Origin: Ostreococcus lucimarinus
Lineage: Eukaryota
DNA: 64,000 nt
Reading direction: 5' to 3' (one strand)
NCBI GenBank assembly: GCA_000092065.1
Contig: CP000589.1
In this document: positions 57,828-64,000 of the stretch, piece after piece
Position numbering within the stretch: position 1 is the first letter of the stretch
Layout of the letters: each line of letters opens with the position of its first letter
Made by a program: the position numbers and the translations under genes
The notes under the pieces: model-generated
What the model saw: the letters and a program-made list of their open reading frames with translations, nothing else
Told to the model about the DNA's origin: nothing
Database searches by the model: none

Positions 57828-60722
57828 ATGGCGCCACACGACGACCGGGACGTGGAGCGCGCGGAGACGGCGGCGCTGCTCGGGGACGACGGCGACGCGC
57901 GCGGTGACGGGCGAGGACGCGCGCGGGGGGGGACGACGCGCGGGACGACGCGGACGGCGATGGTGGTGGGCGGCGCGTGCGCGCTCGCGGCGTGCGCGTC
58001 GATCGGGGTGTGGACGCACCGGAGCGAGACGCTGCAGGAGGCGTGGCGACCGGTGCCGGGGGAGGAGTTAGCGATGCGAGCGAGGGGAGCGCGCGCGGGC
58101 GGGGCGTCGATCGCGCGGTGGGGGACGACGTCGACGGAGAGGGCGCGGTTGGGGGCGGATGCGGCGACGGGGGTGACGCCGACGCCGACGCAGATGACGG
58201 CGCTCAGAGGGTTGCGGTTACAGATTCGTAACGCGATGTTCAATCCGGGAACGGTCACGTCGCAGACGCTGAGCACGATGACGAACCAGTTTTTCAACAT
58301 CGTGCCGCAGGCGCGCGCGCTGTTCCCGACGGGCGCGCCGGCGAATATCGACGACTTGGACGCGACGATCAAATCTTTGATGGCGAACGGAGCGATGGCG
58401 GCACCGGCCGCACCGGCGGCGGAGAGTGAGTTTAGAGACATGCTCGCATCCAGTCACCCGACCGGGGTCTCGATGCCCATCGATGTTTCCACAGAGCCCA
58501 CGGCGCAGCAACAGCTACGTCCGCGCAAGCCGTTGACGTCGTACGAGTCTGCGCTGTACGAAACCAGGCAAGCGGCGTCGCAGGTTAGCGAGCGTAGCGA
58601 CGTCGCGTCCACGGGATCGCCTCACCACCATTCGCACCGGGTATCGAGCGAAACGCAGACGGTGATCGAGAACGACAACTTGGAACGCATGATTAATTCG
58701 CTGGACGCCTCGGGAGCCGAGGAAGTCGACAAAGTCGAACCGTATCGAGCGCCTTCGGGCGACTTCATTGAATACTCGAATGGCGATTCCACGAGGCATC
58801 ATAGACGACATCGTCATTCGTCGAACGGCGAAGAAGTTGAAGCCCCGCAGGACGCCGTCTCGACGGGTCCCGCTTTGCCGCCTTGGGCGGCGCAGCCGAC
58901 CGCCGCCGCACAAGTGCAGCAACCGATCCAACAGTGGACTGGTACTGGCTCAGTGGTTCAGAGCGGGCAAGCGATGCCGTTGGCGACGCCAGTGCCGGTG
59001 ACGACGACGGCGCCCGCGCAACAAGAGGACGCATCGTGGACGGATTTCCAGAATCTGATGTCGGCGGCGCCGACGCCGGATGCGCCGACGCCGACACCCG
59101 TTCCGACGCCGACACCCGTTCCGACGCCGACACCCGTTCCGACGCCGACACCCGTTCCGACGCCGACACCCGTTCCGACGCCGACACCCGTTCCGACGCC
59201 GACACCCGTTCCGACGCCGACACCGATGCCGGCGGATGAGCCTTCGGACATCAAGGACCTGCTCGATTTTGGCGCGCCGACGACGTCTCCGCAAGTCGAA
59301 GTGACAGCGAGCGCGACTCCTACCCCGACTCCGAGTGCTTCGGACGACGAAAGTGATATTGTAGATTTATTCACGAACGGTGGCGGCGAAGAAAAAGATA
59401 CTGGAGGATTGGGTGAGGACGTAGCGAGCGCGACGGACGATTCGACTGCGCCGGCATCCATGTTGAGACGGCCCGTCTTCCCGACCGCCGACGCGGAAGC
59501 GATTGCTTCGCACATCGTGGACATGATCATGCATCGTAAATCGAGCGATCAAGGCGAAGACGATGCCGCAGATATCGGGTTAGATCAGAGCGGCAGTGCT
59601 GAGAAAAAGTCGCAAGATGCGCCCAACCTTTCCAAGGAGGAAATCGCGGCAATGTTGGCGTCAAGCTTGACGGCGGTGACGACGGAGGCTGTGCAGGCGA
59701 ACGCTTTGGAGAACGCGCGCGTGTCTGACGCATCGAACGGTAGTGCCAACGCAAAAATAATGGCCGACGCATTAGTGGCGCACGATAAAATGATGGCAAA
59801 GCGCATAGCTGAAATTCTGACGAGCGAGAACGCAGAGGACAAGCTTGCCAATCCGAATGCCGCCGCCAGCATCGGCTCGGCGACGGGGTACGACGTTTCG
59901 GGTCGCTCGGGCGAAGCGGCGCAGTTGATCATGTACGAGGAACAGCGTCACCAGCGTGAGGAAGTTGAAGCCATGCGGCGAGATTTAGCGGCTCTGATGG
60001 CCAACATTCAGGCCAACTACGCCATGGGCGCGACGGAGGATCGAATTGATAAAACAGCTTCGGCGGCGGCGAGTCACATCATCGACACCCTTCGACCGGT
60101 GATCAAAACAGACGTCGCTCGCGAGGGTTCGTCCGAGTCGTCAACTCTGTTCGATTATCCAGTCATGCCGAGCTCGTCACTGAGTAGTGAAACTTTGCGT
60201 TTGGATTCGATCGACGACGATAGTTACGACGACGTCGGCTCGGCCGAGGCCAAGGCCAAGGCCAAGGCGACTTCCAAGGATGACGATGGCGCCGCTTCAG
60301 GAGACTGGTTAGCCCTCTTGGAAGAAGACGCCGGGGGTGCGTCAGCCGCTGCCACTCCATCGGCACCGGCGCCGGCGCCGGCTAAAAAGTCATCTGACGG
60401 CGTCGACGCGTCGTCTTCGAATTCCGAAGAAGACGTCTCCGTTCCCGGCGACAACGGCGCGACGGGCGATCAACCCGCTTGGCTCGCGCACGCGCTCACC
60501 GACGAGCAGCTCACCGCACAGTTCCTCGCAGACGAAGTCGAGGACGACGGCGAGGCGACGCGCAAGCGTTCCCGCAAGCACAGGGCGTCGAGATTGGGCG
60601 CGTCTCAACGCTTCACCGCGCCGACGCCCGTCGTCCGGGACGAACCGACGCGCGAAACCAAACAGGGCGCGTACGTTCGCGCCCTGAACGAGCGCGCCGC
60701 TCGCGCCCTGCGCCACGATTAG
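57828..60722 (+). CDS. Large low-complexity membrane-anchored protein with (PTPTPV)8 mucin-like repeat and acidic C-terminal region
   Basis: Signal anchor 'MVVGGACALAACASIGVW', Pro/Thr/Ala-rich, 18-bp x8 repeat, no recognisable domain. Long uninterrupted ORF with coding GC3, but low-complexity ORFs are easily spurious here. Confidence 0.4.
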   Translation: MAPHDDRDVERAETAALLGDDGDARGDGRGRARGGTTRGTTRTAMVVGGACALAACASIGVWTHRSETLQEAWRPVPGEELAMRARGARAGGASIARWGTTSTERARLGADAATGVTPTPTQMTALRGLRLQIRNAMFNPGTVTSQTLSTMTNQFFNIVPQARALFPTGAPANIDDLDATIKSLMANGAMAAPAAPAAESEFRDMLASSHPTGVSMPIDVSTEPTAQQQLRPRKPLTSYESALYETRQAASQVSERSDVASTGSPHHHSHRVSSETQTVIENDNLERMINSLDASGAEEVDKVEPYRAPSGDFIEYSNGDSTRHHRRHRHSSNGEEVEAPQDAVSTGPALPPWAAQPTAAAQVQQPIQQWTGTGSVVQSGQAMPLATPVPVTTTAPAQQEDASWTDFQNLMSAAPTPDAPTPTPVPTPTPVPTPTPVPTPTPVPTPTPVPTPTPVPTPTPVPTPTPMPADEPSDIKDLLDFGAPTTSPQVEVTASATPTPTPSASDDESDIVDLFTNGGGEEKDTGGLGEDVASATDDSTAPASMLRRPVFPTADAEAIASHIVDMIMHRKSSDQGEDDAADIGLDQSGSAEKKSQDAPNLSKEEIAAMLASSLTAVTTEAVQANALENARVSDASNGSANAKIMADALVAHDKMMAKRIAEILTSENAEDKLANPNAAASIGSATGYDVSGRSGEAAQLIMYEEQRHQREEVEAMRRDLAALMANIQANYAMGATEDRIDKTASAAASHIIDTLRPVIKTDVAREGSSESSTLFDYPVMPSSSLSSETLRLDSIDDDSYDDVGSAEAKAKAKATSKDDDGAASGDWLALLEEDAGGASAAATPSAPAPAPAKKSSDGVDASSSNSEEDVSVPGDNGATGDQPAWLAHALTDEQLTAQFLADEVEDDGEATRKRSRKHRASRLGASQRFTAPTPVVRDEPTRETKQGAYVRALNERAARALRHD
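59089..59226 (+). repeat. 18-bp repeat (gccgacacccgttccgac) x~7.5 encoding (PTPTPV)n
   Basis: Perfect tandem copies. Confidence 0.9.
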
Positions 60723-60794
60723 CGTCAAATGTCAAATGTCAAATGTCTCATAGCGACCACGCGCTCCCCCGACGCGTCACTTCGCGGCCGCCGC

Positions 60795-61754
60795 ATGCCC
60801 GACGTCGCGCGCGCGCGCGTCCCGCGCCTCGCGACCGCGCGCGCGCCGAATCGCGTCGCGCGTCGCGCGATGTCGCGGCGTCGCGCCGCGCCCTGGACGA
60901 CCGCGGACGTCCTCGAGACGCTCGGCGACGCCATGACGCGCGGACGCGTGACGTCGCTCGCCGGCGACGCCGACGCGCGCAACGCGATTCAGCGCGCGGC
61001 GATCGCGACCATCGTCGACGCGGATCGCGTGCGCGTGCCGCCGGACGCGATCGACGCGCTCGCCGCGGGCGCGCGAGCGCACGACGGGGCGACGACGACG
61101 GACGCGCGCTGGGCGGCGCTTCGCGAGTGCTACGACGTCGCGCTGCGACGATTGATGGAGAGCGAAGGAACGGTCGATTTCGCGCTCGCGGACGCGGTGT
61201 ACGCGAGCGAAAGCGAGGATAGCGCGTGCAGGGTCGCGGAGGCGCGAATGACGTTCGTCGGGGACTCGAAGGATTTGACGCGATGGCGGTCGCTGAACGA
61301 CGGCGTCATGGGCGGGATGAGCGACGGTTTCATGGCGAGACGAGGCGACGAGGGCGCGAGTTTCATGGGGAACGTCAGTCTCGAGCGTAACGGTGGGTTC
61401 GCGAGCGTGCGCGCGATGGTGGAGGAGGACGCGAGCGATTTCGACGGCGTGTACGTCGACGCGAAGTCGCCCTCCGGCGCGACGAAAAAGTTTCTCTTCA
61501 TCCTGAAGGACGACGAGTGCTTGCGCGAGCAAATCAACTTCAAGGTGGCGTTCGAGGCGGGCGAGGAGTACGGAAGGGTGAAGATTCCGTTCGCGGCGTT
61601 CGCGCGTCCCGAGCGCATGGGACGCGCGTGCTTGCGCGAACCGCTCCGATTGGCCAAACTGCGCGAGTTCGGGTTGATGATTCTCAAAGGCGACGCCGCG
61701 CAAGTGGGGCCGTTTGAGCTCGTCGTGCGCGAGATCGGTTTCTATCGCGGCTAG
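60795..61754 (+). CDS. CIA30/NDUFAF1-domain protein (complex I assembly factor-like), organelle-targeted
   Basis: 'WRSLNDGVMGGMSDG', 'GFASVRAMV', 'KKFLFILKDDEC', 'VKIPFAAFARPERMG' CIA30 features; presequence 'MPDVARARVPRLATARAP'. Alternative ATG 60729 inside the (TGTCAAA)3 repeat. Confidence 0.65.
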   Translation: MPDVARARVPRLATARAPNRVARRAMSRRRAAPWTTADVLETLGDAMTRGRVTSLAGDADARNAIQRAAIATIVDADRVRVPPDAIDALAAGARAHDGATTTDARWAALRECYDVALRRLMESEGTVDFALADAVYASESEDSACRVAEARMTFVGDSKDLTRWRSLNDGVMGGMSDGFMARRGDEGASFMGNVSLERNGGFASVRAMVEEDASDFDGVYVDAKSPSGATKKFLFILKDDECLREQINFKVAFEAGEEYGRVKIPFAAFARPERMGRACLREPLRLAKLREFGLMILKGDAAQVGPFELVVREIGFYRG

Positions 61755-61783
61755 CATCATTTTTACAACAACATCGATCGTAT

Positions 61784-62839
61784 TCATTTCCCAATAGTGG
61801 AGTGAACGTTTGCCTCCGACGCGCGCACGTCCTTTGCGTCAGATTTCCCCGAAACACGAATCCCAGACGCGTCGACGCGGTACTCGAAAGACGTCAACGG
61901 CGCGAGCGGGCTCTTTACGATTTTCAACGCTCGTCTGTCTTCCAACACCTCGAGCGCGATGCGCGTGTTCACGCAGTGCGCCCACTTCGTGCCGAGCGCG
62001 GCGGTGATTCCACTCGATTCATCCGCGACATCATCACCGCCATCGCTCGCGTGCCGAGCGAACGTTCCAATTTTCGTCGTCACCTGATTCACCGCGAGCA
62101 CCGCGAGCGCGTGCTTCTCCGCGTGCCGCTTGAGCGTCGACGCCACCGCGCCCAACGCGCTCTGCCGCTGCACCACCTTCTCTCGTCCGAACTCCGCGCG
62201 CGCGAGATGCGCGATGGAGTCTATGATCACCAACCGCACCTTGTGATCGATGATCGCCTCCTCCAACGCGTCCAATCGTTTATTCAAATCCGTCAGACTC
62301 GTCGGCGTCACCACGTGCACTCTGCGCGCGAGCGCGTGCACGCTTTCCTCATCCTCAAACGCCCCGGGGAATTTCTCGCGCGCGATCTCCGCCAGACGCG
62401 CCCCACTGAATTTCCGTTCGGCGTCGACGTAAATCACCCCCCCATCGCGTCCACCGACGCGCGCCGGCGCCGCCGCGCTCGCGCACGCCGCGAGACACAG
62501 CTGCGTCTTTCCCGCGCCCGCCGCGCCGACCACCTCCGTCACCGCGCCGACGCGCAGCCCACCGCCGAGCGCTTTGTCCACGTCCTCGATGACGAGTGGG
62601 ACGTATTGCGACCTTCGCAGCGCGTCGAGCGCCGTCGTGGGCGTCGGCGCGACGGCTTTCGCGACGCTGATTATGAACTGTCGCGCGCGGTGCATCGAAA
62701 CGTCGGCGAGCTCGACGACGTCCAACGGGGCGCGATAGAGCGCGTCTTCGGCGGTGCGACATCCTCGGGACTCGAGCTTGGCGGCGAGGGTTTGGTCGAC
62801 CGCGGGTAAGCGGTCGAGGGTGCGACGGGACGCGGACAT
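61784..62839 (-). CDS. RAD51 paralog (RecA-fold; RAD51C/RAD51D/XRCC3-like)
   Basis: N-terminal HhH-like region, Walker A 'VTEVVGAAGAGKTQLCL', Walker B 'RLVIIDSIAHLAR', 'LAVLAVNQVTTK'. Confidence 0.7.
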   Translation of the reverse strand: MSASRRTLDRLPAVDQTLAAKLESRGCRTAEDALYRAPLDVVELADVSMHRARQFIISVAKAVAPTPTTALDALRRSQYVPLVIEDVDKALGGGLRVGAVTEVVGAAGAGKTQLCLAACASAAAPARVGGRDGGVIYVDAERKFSGARLAEIAREKFPGAFEDEESVHALARRVHVVTPTSLTDLNKRLDALEEAIIDHKVRLVIIDSIAHLARAEFGREKVVQRQSALGAVASTLKRHAEKHALAVLAVNQVTTKIGTFARHASDGGDDVADESSGITAALGTKWAHCVNTRIALEVLEDRRALKIVKSPLAPLTSFEYRVDASGIRVSGKSDAKDVRASEANVHSTIGK

Positions 62840-62941
62840 GGCGCGCGAGGCGCGGTGTGGCGACGACGGATGACGAACGCGAATGTGTATGCTTTGTTTT
62901 ACAGGAAGAAATAGGGTAGTTGCGGTGGTGCGGGGATGTCA

Positions 62942-64000
62942 TCACGCCGACGCCGAAGTCGCCGCGCGGCGGGTGCCGCGACGTCGAACTGTGCGGCGGA
63001 AGAAGGTGCGCCGGATGCCTCGGACAAAGTCGAAAAACGGCTGCGCGAGGCGGCCGAAGACGATGGAGAGCAAGACGCAGCCGAGAGAGAAGGACTCCTT
63101 GACGTGTTCGGCGATGGACACCGAACGAAGACCAGTGAAGAGCTCTCGTCGAAGGGTCTTGTCCGTGGCGAGCATTTGCGCGGCGTCCTTGGCGAGGGCG
63201 AAGATGGGGACGTTGACGCCGCCCTTGGCGCCGATGCCAGCCATGTCCATCAAATTGCGCAGGCGTTCCCATTCGAATCGCTCCTTGACGACGACGACTT
63301 TGAGCAAACGAAGTCGAAGCGCGGGGTCGGGGTCGGTGAGCAGCCGACGTGCGACGTACGGAAACGCGGCGTCGAGTAAGTTGAAGTCTGGGTTGAGCGT
63401 CAAGCAAATGTTCTCCTGCGTGAGCAGCGAGCGAATGACGAGGGAGAAACGCTCGGGAACGCGGATGGGGTAATCGTACAAGAGCTTGTTGAACTCTCGA
63501 GTGAGACCTCGGAACGAAAACTTTTCCGTGCTCGCCAGCGATTGCAGCGCTTCGTCTCCCCACACGTCGGCCAAGCCTTCGGCGACGGGGCCGATGTCCG
63601 CGCCGGCTTGCAAAAAGCCCAAATCCGCCAACGTTTCGGCCAACGCCTCGTAATCACGGTTCATCGTGTGCACGACAGCGTCAATCAAGCTTTCTTGGTT
63701 CGCCCGCGAAATTTCCGCGACGTTACCAAAGTCCACGTACGCGATGTCGCCGTCACGCAACGCCAAAACATTTCCGGGATGCGGATCTCCATGAAACAAG
63801 CCAAACTCTAGCAATTGCTTCAAGCCAGCCTCGACACCGTTGACCAGGAATCGTGCGCGCGCGGCGTCGTCGGCGAAGGCGTCTTCGCGCGTGCATCGCA
63901 CGCCGGGTTGCCAGTGCATCACGAGCACTCGCGGACCGCTCAATTCGGCGACGACGGGCGGAATGTGCACGCTCTCGTCGTTTCGAAAGTTGAACGCGAA
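62942..64000 (-). CDS. ABC1/ADCK (UbiB-family) atypical kinase, 5'-truncated by window edge
   Basis: 'FHGDPHPGNVLALRDGDIAYVDFG' ABC1 catalytic motif; ORF continues past 64000 (N-terminus outside window). Confidence 0.8.
   Translation of the reverse strand, partial: FAFNFRNDESVHIPPVVAELSGPRVLVMHWQPGVRCTREDAFADDAARARFLVNGVEAGLKQLLEFGLFHGDPHPGNVLALRDGDIAYVDFGNVAEISRANQESLIDAVVHTMNRDYEALAETLADLGFLQAGADIGPVAEGLADVWGDEALQSLASTEKFSFRGLTREFNKLLYDYPIRVPERFSLVIRSLLTQENICLTLNPDFNLLDAAFPYVARRLLTDPDPALRLRLLKVVVVKERFEWERLRNLMDMAGIGAKGGVNVPIFALAKDAAQMLATDKTLRRELFTGLRSVSIAEHVKESFSLGCVLLSIVFGRLAQPFFDFVRGIRRTFFRRTVRRRGTRRAATSASA

Noticed and set aside
1-64000. Prokaryote-style operon / defence-island interpretation, mobile elements, CRISPR
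   Set aside because: Spliceosomal introns with eukaryotic signals, a nuclear gene set (importin, GCP2, Sec13-like, PRMT5, RAD54), organelle transit peptides and no transposase/RT/integrase ORFs or repeat-spacer arrays. This is eukaryotic nuclear DNA.

Overview
The window is a very GC-rich (~65-70%), gene-dense stretch of a eukaryotic nuclear chromosome. Plastid-type genes (MEX1, FAD4, Rubisco-LSMT, PDAT, DUF1350, PTST-like) and a DUF285-type repeat protein point to a prasinophyte green alga, most like Micromonas (Mamiellophyceae). About 37 protein genes sit on both strands with 15-450 bp between them. Most are single-exon. Five genes are demonstrably spliced: the 60S ribosomal protein L18 gene (RPL18), the 40S ribosomal protein S7 gene (RPS7), importin-alpha, an HVA22-like gene and one hypothetical gene. 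They carry short 5'-biased introns that all use the same signals: AAG|GTGCGC donor, ACTGACG branch site 20-30 nt upstream, CAG/TAG acceptor. Recognisable products: DHHC palmitoyltransferase, BRAP2 E3 ligase, SURF6, gamma-tubulin complex protein GCP2, eL18, MEX1 maltose exporter, LSMT-like SET methyltransferase, eS7, plastid ABCF, PC-esterase (TBL-like) domain protein, PDAT, FAD4-like desaturase, signal peptide peptidase, HVA22/REEP, Sec13-like WD40, DPH6 diphthine-ammonia ligase, importin-alpha, ADAM-like metalloprotease-disintegrin, COMT-like O-methyltransferase, coiled-coil + CBM20/48 (PTST-like) protein, PRMT5, DUF1350 hydrolase, RAD54, RAD51 paralog, CIA30 and an ABC1-type kinase that runs off the window edge. 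No transposons, rRNA, tRNA or CRISPR were detected. Extreme GC3 bias makes antisense and Arg-rich ORFs look open; these are artefacts. The 'M' at some ORF-track starts is GTG/TTG, not ATG. The notable items are a 20-copy 75-bp in-frame tandem array encoding a secreted DUF285-like repeat protein, a hairpin-bearing tandem repeat at the convergent L18/MEX1 3' ends that also supplies MEX1's last codons, near-identical in-frame duplications in three unrelated genes, and the uniform intron signature, which rescued several mis-called N-termini.
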